Assembly: GCA_043732185.1 (NCBI GenBank)
Contig: JAYTHY010000014.1
Coordinates: 1 to 16,076, forward strand
DNA: 16,076 bases
DNA from: Fibrobacteria bacterium
Lineage (GTDB): Bacteria > Fibrobacterota > Fibrobacteria > UBA11236
Reading direction: 5' to 3'
Positions 7,360 to 16,075 of this stretch are shown here, piece by piece. The translations under genes were made by a program, and so were the position numbers. The notes beneath the pieces are model-generated. The model saw nothing but the letters and a program-made list of their open reading frames with translations, did no database searches and was not told the origin of the DNA. Every line of letters starts with the position of its first letter. Position 1 is the stretch's first letter.

Positions 7360-7700
7360 GAATGTGAAGAACCGCGATCCGGATAAATGTTGGGTGCCGG
7401 TGCCTCAACCTCTCATTGGATGGATCTGGGAGGATTGCCTGGGTCGGAAGTTGGAAGAACCCTTTACCTCCATTTCCAAGAACAACGCAATCTAGTTCTT
7501 CGCCGTGACCCGAAGCGTCCCCCTTTGCCATTCAGGACGTGATGCGTCATGCCTCTGTGGACACCAGCGGGGTTTATCTGCGAGAACGGCTCAAGCGGAT
7601 CCGCGGGGCGCAGCAACTATTGATCGGTGAGGTTTTCCCGGGAAACGGGAACTCTCTGGAAGAACTCGGAAATCAATCTTGGCAAAAGATTGGCAACAAA
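7271..7700 (+). pseudogene. Tyrosine recombinase (integrase) remnant
   Basis: Two frames: ICLTVHSMDW...KNVKNRDPDKCWVPVPQPL (patch II/III-like), then after a stop and frameshift EASPFAIQDVMRHASVDTSGVYL (box II H...Y). No HxxR motif is visible. Abuts the tRNA att site. Confidence 0.65.
7675..7697. repeat. Internal end repeat, putative integrase arm-type site
   Basis: AATCTTGGCAAAAGATTGGCAAC matches 6086-6108 at 22/23 positions. Confidence 0.65.
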
Positions 7701-7741
7701 AAAGAAGAGCCCCTGCAACTCATTGAATTACAAGGGATCTC
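7698..7741 (-). terminator. Imperfect hairpin plus U-tract downstream of tRNA-Pro, containing an IHF-like site
   Basis: Minus strand reads GAGATCCCTTGTAATTCAATGAGTTGCAGGGGCTCTTCTTTTTT. ATTCAATGAGTTG (7716-7728) has one mismatch to WATCAANNNNTTR. Confidence 0.5.
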
Positions 7742-7743
7742 AT

Positions 7744-7820
7744 TGGTCGGGATGGCGGGATTCGAACCCACGACCCCTACGTCCCGAACGTAGTGCTCTA
7801 CCAGACTGAGCCACATCCCG
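7744..7820 (-). tRNA. tRNA-Pro (anticodon CGG)
   Basis: 77 nt, CGGGATG...CATCCCG-A-CCA acceptor stem, anticodon arm CTACG-TTCGGGA-CGTAG, T-loop GTTCGAATC. Confidence 0.98.
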
Positions 7821-7856
7821 CCGACTAAAAATCGGTGCGCCGACCAAGGGCAAGTG

Positions 7857-7885
7857 AATCTAATTCCCGCGGCCAGAAATGACAA
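7857..7885 (-). promoter_or_regulatory. Sigma-70 promoter for tRNA-Pro
   Basis: Minus strand TTGTCA-17 nt-TAGATT, about 36 nt upstream of the tRNA. Confidence 0.55.
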
Positions 7886-7899
7886 CTGGAAGGCAATGC

Positions 7900-7926
7900 A
7901 AAAGGGCCAGGATGACCCCGGCCCTT
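7900..7926 (-). terminator. Intrinsic terminator after amtB
   Basis: Minus strand GGGCCGGG-GTCAT-CCTGGCCC-TTTT, about 40 nt after the amtB stop. Confidence 0.65.
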
Positions 7927-7968
7927 CAATACTAGTGCTATACCTACAACTAGCTGTTTTGTTGCGAG

Positions 7969-9495
7969 TTAATTCTCGTCGTAGTGGTATCCGGCTTCAC
8001 CATGGTCGCTGAAGTCCAGGCCTTGTAGTTCATCGTCGTTAGCGGGGCGAAGTCCTACTAAGGCTTTGACGACATAGGCGAGTACAACTGTGCCTACAAT
8101 GGCAATGGCCATTGTCAATCCAATTGCCTTGACTTGTTCCATCCAGAGGCCGTTTCCTATTAAGCCCTTTAAATTGGTATTCAAATTGGCATTCACATCA
8201 GACGTGGCCAAGAATCCGGTGAGGAGTGCGCCCATAGTGCCGCCCACACCGTGTACGCCGAAAGTGTCCAGGGCGTCATCGTATTTGAACCAATTCTTGA
8301 GCTGGGTGACAGCCAGGAAAGGCACCAAACCGGCCATGACACCGATGATGACTGCGCCGGTCGCGTTCACAAATCCGGTGGCGGGGGTTATGACGACAAG
8401 ACCGGCAACGGCCCCGGAACAAAATCCAAGTACCGTGGGTTTGCCGCGAATGATCCATTCAAGCATGGGCCAGACGAAAGCGGCGACTGCGGTGGCAAGC
8501 GTTGTGGTCATAAAGGCGTTGGAGGCGACGCCATCAGCGGCAACGGCGCTACCGGCATTGAATCCATACCATCCAACCCAAAGCATTCCCGTTCCAATCA
8601 TTGTCATGACCAAGCTGTGTGGAGCGAAATTTTTCTGGCCGAAACCGATGCGCTTTCCGAGAATAAGGCAGAGGACCAGAGCGGACCATCCAGATGTCAT
8701 ATGCACCACAGTTCCGCCGGCAAAGTCGATAGATTTGATTTTGGCTGCGGCATTCCAAACGCCGTTCATGAATCCGTCAATGCCCCATACCATGTGCGCC
8801 ATGGGGAAGTACACGACGAGCATCCACAGGAAAATGAACAACATGATAGCGCTGTATTTCATGCGTTCGGCAATGGCACCCACAATCAGGGCGGGTGTGA
8901 TGATGGCGAACATCAACTGGTACATGGCAAAAACATTATGCGAAACCCAGTAGGAATAGTTGGTATTGGGCGCACTGGTCACGCCCTTCAAAAAGGCGAA
9001 ATGCAGACCGCCTAAGAAAGGGGAGCCAGCATCAAAGGCCAAGCTGTACCCAAAGGCCCACCACATGAGTGTGACGAGGCCGGCGCAACCAAAGCACTGG
9101 GCCACAACCGAAAGGACGTTTTTGGTACGAACCAAACCACCATAGAATAAGGCGAGTCCCGGCAAGGTCATGAATAATACCAAAGCGGCGCATATCATCA
9201 TAAACCCGTTATGGCCAGGGCCAGGAACACCAACGAGTTTGGTGGCGCCGGTATTGTTTATGTACGCTTCTAAATCCGCCAGGCGGACGAGCACAGAAGA
9301 ATCGACAGGCGCAGTGGCTGGGACTGCGGCGGCGGCGGCAGCAGGAGCTGCGACAGCGGCAGTGACAGCTTGGGTCGCTGCAGCTTTAGTGGAGTCGCTA
9401 ACGGTCTCACCAAAGCTACCCATCGCCATAAATAGGCATAGGGCCAATGCCCATAAACCCGTGTATTTCGCTTTTATGCTGCTGCTCTTTATCAT
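7969..9495 (-). CDS. amtB: Ammonium transporter AmtB
   Basis: Motifs LVLFMTLPGLALFYGGLVR, QLMFAIIT, DFAGGTVVH, GWYGFNAGS and DDALDTFGVHG (both pore His present). ATG at 9495 has AGGAG 7 nt upstream. Confidence 0.98.
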   Translation of the reverse strand: MIKSSSIKAKYTGLWALALCLFMAMGSFGETVSDSTKAAATQAVTAAVAAPAAAAAAVPATAPVDSSVLVRLADLEAYINNTGATKLVGVPGPGHNGFMMICAALVLFMTLPGLALFYGGLVRTKNVLSVVAQCFGCAGLVTLMWWAFGYSLAFDAGSPFLGGLHFAFLKGVTSAPNTNYSYWVSHNVFAMYQLMFAIITPALIVGAIAERMKYSAIMLFIFLWMLVVYFPMAHMVWGIDGFMNGVWNAAAKIKSIDFAGGTVVHMTSGWSALVLCLILGKRIGFGQKNFAPHSLVMTMIGTGMLWVGWYGFNAGSAVAADGVASNAFMTTTLATAVAAFVWPMLEWIIRGKPTVLGFCSGAVAGLVVITPATGFVNATGAVIIGVMAGLVPFLAVTQLKNWFKYDDALDTFGVHGVGGTMGALLTGFLATSDVNANLNTNLKGLIGNGLWMEQVKAIGLTMAIAIVGTVVLAYVVKALVGLRPANDDELQGLDFSDHGEAGYHYDEN

Positions 9496-9590
9496 GTATA
9501 GACTCCTAGATTTCGGAATTTCAGGTTGTATCTTTTGAGACACCAAAAGCATTGCTTTCTTAGTCTGTCGGATAGCTCAATCAGACCTAT

Positions 9591-9607
9591 AGCATTGACT
9601 ATGCCAA
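9591..9607 (-). promoter_or_regulatory. Sigma-54 promoter for amtB
   Basis: Minus strand TTGGCAT-AGTCA-ATGCT gives exact GG-N10-GC spacing. Confidence 0.75.
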
Positions 9608-9819
9608 TTTTTAGAATGGTCCGTTTGGACTGGAAAATGGAATGAATGGAGAAGAATTAGGGCGCTTAAAAGTAAACTGTCATCATTTTGCGTAAAAGTG
9701 TAAATAAGTGTCTAAAATAGTCCTTTAGATCCGATAATTGTCATCGGTCCTGGGTGGTAAAGCGTGGGTCTTCCCCCTTTTTTTACGAATTGGTGCGCTT
9801 CCACTCGTCACCAAGTTAA

Positions 9820-9836
9820 CTGGCATGAGGATTGAT
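9820..9836 (+). promoter_or_regulatory. Sigma-54 promoter for the porin-PII operon
   Basis: CTGGCAT-GAGGA-TTGAT: a -24 TGGCA box and a -12 TTGA variant at the correct spacing. Confidence 0.7.
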
Positions 9837-9913
9837 ATACCTAGCTGTGGATGAATACTTCGGCTTCAAAACCGATTCAACATGCAAACCGATTAGATCA
9901 GGAGAACGCTAGG

Positions 9914-11038
9914 ATGAAATCAGGACTTTCAAAAATCAGGATTGGGAACCCTAAAACCAGTTCAAGCCTTGCTGCCGCAGGATTGGCGATAGTAGGCCTC
10001 GCAGCACTAACTGTTTCTGCCGGAACCAGCATTACCGGTTCACTAGAAGCCGGTTATAACTACAACCTATCGATTCCTTCCGACAGCAATAAAAATGTCC
10101 TGCACTCGTATGATGGGATGTCAAAAACATTCACTTTAAATAATGCGCACTTGGTGTTTTCCGGGTCTGATTCTGCAACGGGGCTGGGATATACTGTAGA
10201 AACGGATATTGGTAGCGATGCTAAATTTAATAGAAGCCTGGATGCTTCATTGGGTGCCGCCGATATATTTGATTTGCAAGAAGGCTATATCACGTGGGCC
10301 TTTGGACCCGGAAGGACCTGGACCTTGAAGGCCGGTAAGTATGTCACTTATCAAGGCATTGAGGTGGTGGAAGGTGGCTCTAATCCAACTGTGACCCGCG
10401 GATTATTATTTGGTTTGGCGGAACCGGTTAGCCATACGGGTTTGGATATTTCCAATACAATGGGCATTTTTGACGTGCACGCAGCAGTGGTTAATGGATG
10501 TGATCTTTTCATCGACAACAACACAATGCCATCGCTGGTAGGCAAGGTCGGCATTAATTTGGGCAACCCTTTGGCCTTAACGATTTCGACCATGTGGGGA
10601 CCTGAAAAGGCTGGAAACATTGACGACAAGCGGTTTACCCTGGATGCCACGGGCGTTACCAAGGTTATTCCCATGGTAGACCTCTGGTTCCAAGGCTTGT
10701 ATGGTATGGAAGATAAAGCTTCCTTAGTGACTACTGGGGAGGACAATTCTTGGATGGGATTTGGATTACAGCCATTGGTTCACCTTAACAACTGGTTTGG
10801 CTTAGGATTGCGCTATGAATTCTTCAGCGATGTTGCTGGTTCGCGTACATCGATCCCCGTCAAGGACCTCACTTTGCAGAATATTTCCTTAGCCCCCACC
10901 ATCTGGTTGACCAACACTACGATGGTCCGAGGTGAATTCCGGATGGATTTTGCCTCCAAGGATATTTATTTAGACGGCGACGCCAAGGCTGCGGGCAGCC
11001 AGATGGAAATTGCGGCTGATTTCGTAACCGGGTTTTGA
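9914..11038 (+). CDS. Outer-membrane beta-barrel porin (putative BBP2/OmpL-like family)
   Basis: AGGAGA SD 8 nt before ATG 9914, signal peptide, and motifs GYNYN, FTLNNAHL, LQEGYI, AGKYVTYQGIEV, HTG, LRYEFFSD, RGEFRMD. Terminal Phe. Confidence 0.88.
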   Translation: MKSGLSKIRIGNPKTSSSLAAAGLAIVGLAALTVSAGTSITGSLEAGYNYNLSIPSDSNKNVLHSYDGMSKTFTLNNAHLVFSGSDSATGLGYTVETDIGSDAKFNRSLDASLGAADIFDLQEGYITWAFGPGRTWTLKAGKYVTYQGIEVVEGGSNPTVTRGLLFGLAEPVSHTGLDISNTMGIFDVHAAVVNGCDLFIDNNTMPSLVGKVGINLGNPLALTISTMWGPEKAGNIDDKRFTLDATGVTKVIPMVDLWFQGLYGMEDKASLVTTGEDNSWMGFGLQPLVHLNNWFGLGLRYEFFSDVAGSRTSIPVKDLTLQNISLAPTIWLTNTTMVRGEFRMDFASKDIYLDGDAKAAGSQMEIAADFVTGF

Positions 11039-11043
11039 TCGGT

Positions 11044-11062
11044 CCGGTGGGAATTCCACCGG
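11044..11062 (+). other. Intercistronic hairpin between porin and P-II genes
   Basis: CCGGTGG-GAATT-CCACCGG is a perfect 7-bp stem with no U-tract. Confidence 0.45.
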
Positions 11063-11084
11063 CAAGAAATACTATTATAGTTGA

Positions 11085-11456
<372 letters not shown>

Positions 11457-11458
11457 TC

Positions 11459-12028
11459 TTATTTATTTTCCCCCTGGTCAGTCCGGGGGGAATCTTTTAC
11501 AAGTAACTGGCGCAATTGAAACGCCAATTTTGACCTGGCGACCAACAGGTATCCTTGGTATTCCTCACTGCGATAGTCGGGGTAGGTCCAGTCAAAAGGC
11601 AAGAACCGGCCTGCCTGGAAATACAGGGTGGGTTCGACAAAAATGCCTTCTCGAATATACACGCGTTGACGTTGGTCTTTGGTAGTAGCCAGGAAAAACT
11701 GGCCCAAAGTCATATAGCCGGGGTCGATGTTAACGGGTCTTAATCCCTCCACACTAAGGCTCAATTCCAATTCATTGGTAAACCGTTTGATTTCCACTAT
11801 CCGCTCTCTGGAAATGGCGGAAGCATAGGAAATGAAACTCCGCAAGGGGGCCGCGCCCAACTCATCGGCGTAATAGTTGGTCCACGTAAACGGGATCGCT
11901 TCCATAACCGCTTCTTCGTCACCATACTTGTCCATCAACAACATGCGTGCCGTTTTGAGTATTTGTGGATTGGCCCCGAGAAGTCCTATGACCAATTTCA
12001 CGGGCGCCGGGACTTTATATTGACCCAA
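11459..12028 (-). CDS. DUF4416 family protein
   Basis: TTG start with AAGGAG SD. Motifs FTWTNYY..ELG, IKRFTNELE, RPVNIDPGY, LATTK, WTYPDY. Confidence 0.88.
   Translation of the reverse strand: MGQYKVPAPVKLVIGLLGANPQILKTARMLLMDKYGDEEAVMEAIPFTWTNYYADELGAAPLRSFISYASAISRERIVEIKRFTNELELSLSVEGLRPVNIDPGYMTLGQFFLATTKDQRQRVYIREGIFVEPTLYFQAGRFLPFDWTYPDYRSEEYQGYLLVARSKLAFQLRQLLVKDSPRTDQGENK
11468..11498 (+). terminator. Intrinsic terminator after the P-II gene, embedded in the 3' end of the convergent gene
   Basis: TTCCCCCTGG-TCAGT-CCGGGGGGAA followed by TCTTTT. Confidence 0.6.
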
Positions 12029-12208
12029 AAGGGGCTCCTTCCAGCAGCAGATATTGGGAGGGGTCTGACGCCTGATGACAAAAGAATGTAAATTTGGAAA
12101 ATCGAGTCAATTTGTTATTTCTGGTATCTGGAGTGCATGAAAATCAGTACCCTGGATCCAAAAATATAAAAGCAAAGTCGGTCTTGGAATCAATAGGTGG
12201 CTTAAGGA

Positions 12209-12553
12209 ATGGCAAGAAACGCGTTTTCCTGTAGAAATTATATGAAGCGCGGCCATGCCGTCGTGGAATTAACCGGTGACCTCACCTTTGAAACCGTGGA
12301 CGTCATGCGCCAGGAATTTGTCAATCTTCGTCTGCAAAAACCTGAAAAGGTGGTTCTGGATTGCATTGGCGTCACTATGCTTTCTAGTGTGGGTTTGGGG
12401 GAGTTTTCCAAGCTCATCAAATGGGGTTTGGACAGCCAATGCGAATTTAAAATCGTCTGCGAAACCGGCCATGTTGTTGAAGTGCTGGAAATAGCAGGCA
12501 TCACGGATATGATTCCTCTCTATCCGACCATTGATATTGCTTTGAATCGGTAA
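12209..12553 (+). CDS. STAS-domain protein (anti-sigma factor antagonist-like)
   Basis: VVELTGDL, VVLDCIGVTMLSSVGLG, VVEVLEIAGITDMIPLY. SD AAGG; 114 aa. Confidence 0.88.
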   Translation: MARNAFSCRNYMKRGHAVVELTGDLTFETVDVMRQEFVNLRLQKPEKVVLDCIGVTMLSSVGLGEFSKLIKWGLDSQCEFKIVCETGHVVEVLEIAGITDMIPLYPTIDIALNR

Positions 12554-12606
12554 GCCATAAGGGCTACCGCTACCTTGAAGAATTGAGACCAAACGGAAAG
12601 GTTTTT

Positions 12607-13734
12607 GTGAGTCAATCTGCCGAAATTTTAGCAGCCGCTGCAGCCATTGAGGCTGGTAAAAGCCGCATTGCATCCAAGCATATCCTGGTTGGTTTTGATG
12701 GCTTTGTGGATGAAATCATCCATGCCGTGGCCATACGTAAAAACAAGTCCGAGTACGAACGTATCAAGACTTTGACGGAATTCGCGGAACGCATTGCAAC
12801 GGCGGCGGGAAAGTCGGCGAATATTGAACTTGTCCCACAGCTTGAAAAATTGGGGGGCAATGGCCCGCTTATGGCATTGGCCTCTGCCACTATTGGCAGC
12901 CAAGTAACCTGTATTGGGATGCTTGGGTACCCGACCCTTCATCCGGTTTTCCAAGGTTTAAAAAGTCTTTGTAAAGTGATTTCCGTGGGCGCTCCTGGGC
13001 ATACCGATGCGCTTGAGTTTAACGATGGGAAGTTGATGCTGGGCAAGCTGAACACCATCAAGGATATGTGCTGGAGTCGGCTTTTGGAGGTCGTAGGAGA
13101 AAGCGAACTCAGCAAACTCTTTTTTGAGTCCGACATGGTAGCCTGCACCAATTGGACCATGCTTACGGAGATGGATGAAATTCTGGAAAATATTATCCGC
13201 ATGGTTCCGAAAGGCAGTCGGGTAAAATTCTTTTTTGATTTGGCCGATCCGGAAAAGCGGTCTCGCCCCGATTTGCAAAGGGTTTTAAACCAGATTCAAG
13301 CTTTGGGGAAAAAGACGGAAGTTGTTTTCGGTCTGAACTTTCGTGAGGCGGAACAGGTTAGCGAGGCATTGGGCAATATGGTCGCTCCCACCGAATCCGT
13401 ACAGGGTATGGAAGACGCTTCGCTGCGACTGCGCGAACGACTTGGAATTCACGGCGTTGTGGTACATGCCATCAAATACGCGGGTGCTGCGGTTGGCGCA
13501 CAAAGCGCCGGAATTGAAGGGCCTTTCTGCCCTAATCCAAAACTTTCCACCGGGGCTGGAGACCATTTCAATGGCGGATTTTGCAGCGGACTGCTTGCCG
13601 ATTTATCGGTACGCGATGCGCTGTACATGGGTGTGGGGACTTCCGGTTCTTATGTGCGAAAGGCCGGTAGCCCAAACCTAGCTGAGATTACGGGCCTCCT
13701 GCGCACATGGGGCCAGGGCACTCTAAAGGATTAA
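12607..13734 (+). CDS. PfkB/ribokinase-family carbohydrate kinase
   Basis: VGFDGFVDEI, KLGGNGP, GLN..EA and the anion-hole motif STGAGDHFNGGF. GTG start at 12607 with GGAAAGG upstream (ORF-track start is 12583). Confidence 0.9.
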   Translation: MSQSAEILAAAAAIEAGKSRIASKHILVGFDGFVDEIIHAVAIRKNKSEYERIKTLTEFAERIATAAGKSANIELVPQLEKLGGNGPLMALASATIGSQVTCIGMLGYPTLHPVFQGLKSLCKVISVGAPGHTDALEFNDGKLMLGKLNTIKDMCWSRLLEVVGESELSKLFFESDMVACTNWTMLTEMDEILENIIRMVPKGSRVKFFFDLADPEKRSRPDLQRVLNQIQALGKKTEVVFGLNFREAEQVSEALGNMVAPTESVQGMEDASLRLRERLGIHGVVVHAIKYAGAAVGAQSAGIEGPFCPNPKLSTGAGDHFNGGFCSGLLADLSVRDALYMGVGTSGSYVRKAGSPNLAEITGLLRTWGQGTLKD

Positions 13735-13780
13735 GGACCGAAAAAAGGACCGAATAAAGGACCGTATAAAGGACCGAAGT
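13733..13780. repeat. Tandem repeat, 4 x 12 bp (AAGGACCG-N4)
   Basis: Units AAGGACCGAAAA, AAGGACCGAATA, AAGGACCGTATA, AAGGACCGAAGT. Confidence 0.9.
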
Positions 13781-14842
13781 TTAAAGACTTAGGTTCTGCA
13801 TTCCTTCCTTCAATCGGGCAGCTACTTCCTGGCGCAGCGATTCCGGTTTAAGCGGAATCAGATCCGGAACCAGCGAAAGAATCCAATTCACAAAATCCGG
13901 TTTGATCACGATTTTCACTTCAAAGCACACATCTTTGCCTTGCCGGACTATTTTTCCGGGAGGATGAAAATGGCTTTCCGACAGAAACTTTTCCAGCCAT
14001 CCGGCTCTTAAAACCAGTACAACGGTTACGGGGTTTTCATTTAACTGCCGTGCCCATTGGCCAAAACAGTATTTATAGAACTCGGCCGGATCAAATGCTT
14101 CCCGCTTAAAACCCTGTTGTGTTGCGATGCACCGCTTAATGCGTTTGACCGATAAACTTTTGAAAATGCCCGGGTTCTCGGCTTGCTGGCCAATTAGGTA
14201 GAGTGTTCCCACTCTGAGGCTGAGCGTGTAGGGGAAAAAAATGTGTTCTCCCGTTCCCGATGAATAGCCAGAATAGGCAATGCGAACGGCGCTGCGCATG
14301 GCAATGGCTGTTTCCAGGATCTTAAGAATTCCTTGCGCTGGGTCGGCTTCTGCAAAGGGTCCGTGATCAATAAAATAGGCATCAGTAGCGGGCGGCAGTG
14401 TTTCACTTTTATTCGGACTGCCGACAGGGGCATCTTTAGCTTCCAAATAGTGGATGAGCTGGGAAATGATGCCGGAGTATTTGGGATTGCCGCCGGCATT
14501 TAGTTCGCCACGGATTTTTTTTAAGGCGGGTAGGTAATGCTCCGGGGTTCCGGGCCCACGCTGAATATGATACAGGGATTTTCGTCCCCCGATGCGCTTG
14601 GAAACCAAATCGAATTTGAGCCGTTTAAGGTCCGAGAGGTATCGCTTCACCGTGCGTTCATCCACTCCAAGTAAGGAGGAGAGATGTTGGATGCCCAAAC
14701 CTTCGGAATGGGTTTGCAGCAGGCTCACCATTTTGTGCATCTTGGCGGTTTTAGTATTGAGAGGAGGCAGTCGATGATCGGGAACCGACAGCCCGCCGGT
14801 TTGGCGAATCTGTTTCTCAATATGCGAAAGCACTTTAGTCAT
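13781..14842 (-). CDS. WYL-domain transcriptional regulator (wHTH-WYL-WCX)
   Basis: HTH LSSLLGVDERTVKRYLSDLK, WYL region ILETAI..RSAVRIAY...PYTL....TLYLIG....KSLSVKRI, and WCX region WILSL...PESLRQEV. ATG at 14842 with GGTGGAG SD. Confidence 0.9.
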   Translation of the reverse strand: MTKVLSHIEKQIRQTGGLSVPDHRLPPLNTKTAKMHKMVSLLQTHSEGLGIQHLSSLLGVDERTVKRYLSDLKRLKFDLVSKRIGGRKSLYHIQRGPGTPEHYLPALKKIRGELNAGGNPKYSGIISQLIHYLEAKDAPVGSPNKSETLPPATDAYFIDHGPFAEADPAQGILKILETAIAMRSAVRIAYSGYSSGTGEHIFFPYTLSLRVGTLYLIGQQAENPGIFKSLSVKRIKRCIATQQGFKREAFDPAEFYKYCFGQWARQLNENPVTVVLVLRAGWLEKFLSESHFHPPGKIVRQGKDVCFEVKIVIKPDFVNWILSLVPDLIPLKPESLRQEVAARLKEGMQNLSL

Positions 14843-14881
14843 GTCGCACTCCACCGGGTATTATAGGTGTACCAACCGGGG

Positions 14882-16075
14882 TTAGGGCGTGGGTGCTGTT
14901 TTAACCTGACCGCTGCGTATGCACTCGGAGGCTTTGCGCATGCGGCGCAGTACCGTATCCCTGCCCAATGCGGACATCAGTTCAAACAGGCCCGGCCCGA
15001 AAGGAATACCGGATATGGCAAGGCGGGTGGGATGGATGAGATCACCGCCTTTCACCGACCACTGTTCGGCAGTCGCGCGGTATAGGGCTTCGAGAGTGGG
15101 CACTTCAAAATTCGGCGCATCGGAAAGCAGCTGGGCGAGGTCGTCGATAAGTTTTTCGCCGCCAGGAAGGAAATATTTTTTGGCGACCTTCTCATCATAG
15201 GTTTCAGGTTCTTGAAAAAAGTAAAGGCCATAGGTAACGAAGTCGGGAAGGCGCTTGGAACGATCCTTAAGCAAGGCGACGGCTTTGAGAATATAGGCTT
15301 CGTCCCAGGCGGATAAGTTCACGCCCGCTTTTTCCCATAGGGGCTTAACCAGCGGCACCAAAAATTCTGGTTCACGGCGCAAAAAGAATTGGCCATTGAG
15401 CCATTCCAATTTTTTCTCATCGAAGGCTGCGCTCTTGGGATTGATTTTTTCCAAAGTGAACAATTCAATCAGTTTATCGATTTCCATGATTTCCAAATCG
15501 CCGCCCGGGCTCCAACCCAGCAAGGACAGGAAGTTTACCATGGTATGGGGCATATACCCCAAATCGCGATAGTCGCCGACCGAAGCCGCACCCTTTCGCT
15601 TACTGAGTTTGCCGCCGTCGGCGGAAAGGATAACTGGCAAATGCACGAAGGTCGGCGGTTCCCAGCCGAATGCCTGATAGAGTAGAACATGGCGAGGGGT
15701 GCTGGGAATCCATTCATCCCCGCGCAGCACATGCGTGATCTGCATAAAGTGATCATCCACAACATTGGCGAGATGGTAGGTGGGAAAGCCATCGGTTTTC
15801 ATCAGAACCATGTCATCCAAAATCCGATTTTGGTAATCGATTTTTCCGCGTAGGAAATCATTGAAAACGGTGTTGCCGTGAAAGGGAACCTTAAGCCGAA
15901 TGGTATGCTTTTCGCCCGCGTCCACACGCTGTTTGGCAACATCGGCGGGAATGCTGCGGCACAGTCGATCATAACTGGTCGGCAAGTTGTTTAGTTTCTG
16001 CTGTTCGCGCAGACCATCGAGTCTTTCTGAAGTGCAGAAGCAGGGATAGGCGTGGCCACCGGTTACCAGTAGCTG
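14882..16075 (-). CDS. gltX: Glutamate--tRNA ligase, 5'-truncated by window edge
   Basis: HAYPCFCT, DGFPTYHLANVVDDH, ITHVLRGDEW, KLSKR, and anticodon-binding domain (PTRLAISG...GPGLFELM). Frame is open to the window end. Confidence 0.98.
   Translation of the reverse strand, partial: QLLVTGGHAYPCFCTSERLDGLREQQKLNNLPTSYDRLCRSIPADVAKQRVDAGEKHTIRLKVPFHGNTVFNDFLRGKIDYQNRILDDMVLMKTDGFPTYHLANVVDDHFMQITHVLRGDEWIPSTPRHVLLYQAFGWEPPTFVHLPVILSADGGKLSKRKGAASVGDYRDLGYMPHTMVNFLSLLGWSPGGDLEIMEIDKLIELFTLEKINPKSAAFDEKKLEWLNGQFFLRREPEFLVPLVKPLWEKAGVNLSAWDEAYILKAVALLKDRSKRLPDFVTYGLYFFQEPETYDEKVAKKYFLPGGEKLIDDLAQLLSDAPNFEVPTLEALYRATAEQWSVKGGDLIHPTRLAISGIPFGPGLFELMSALGRDTVLRRMRKASECIRSGQVKTAPTP

Larger units (their letters stand above)
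5996..7766. mobile_element. Decayed integrative islet inserted in the 3' end of tRNA-Pro(CGG)
   Basis: Bounded by identical 25-bp direct repeats. Contains a TA module, an HTH remnant and a tyrosine-integrase remnant next to the tRNA. Confidence 0.85.

Noticed and set aside
8090..9538. Long plus-strand ORFs (287, 254 and 122 aa) opposite amtB
   Set aside because: Antisense shadow frames of a well-supported gene, with no motifs.
9851..9913. Upstream ATG extension of the porin ORF
   Set aside because: No SD, and it lies right at the predicted sigma-54 TSS. ATG 9914 has a good SD.
12209..13734. STAS + PfkB as a novel partner-switching system
   Set aside because: Only adjacency supports it. No anti-sigma kinase or phosphatase is in the window, and both genes look ordinary.
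13733..13780. CRISPR array
   Set aside because: The 8-bp core and 4-nt spacers are far too short, and there are no cas genes.
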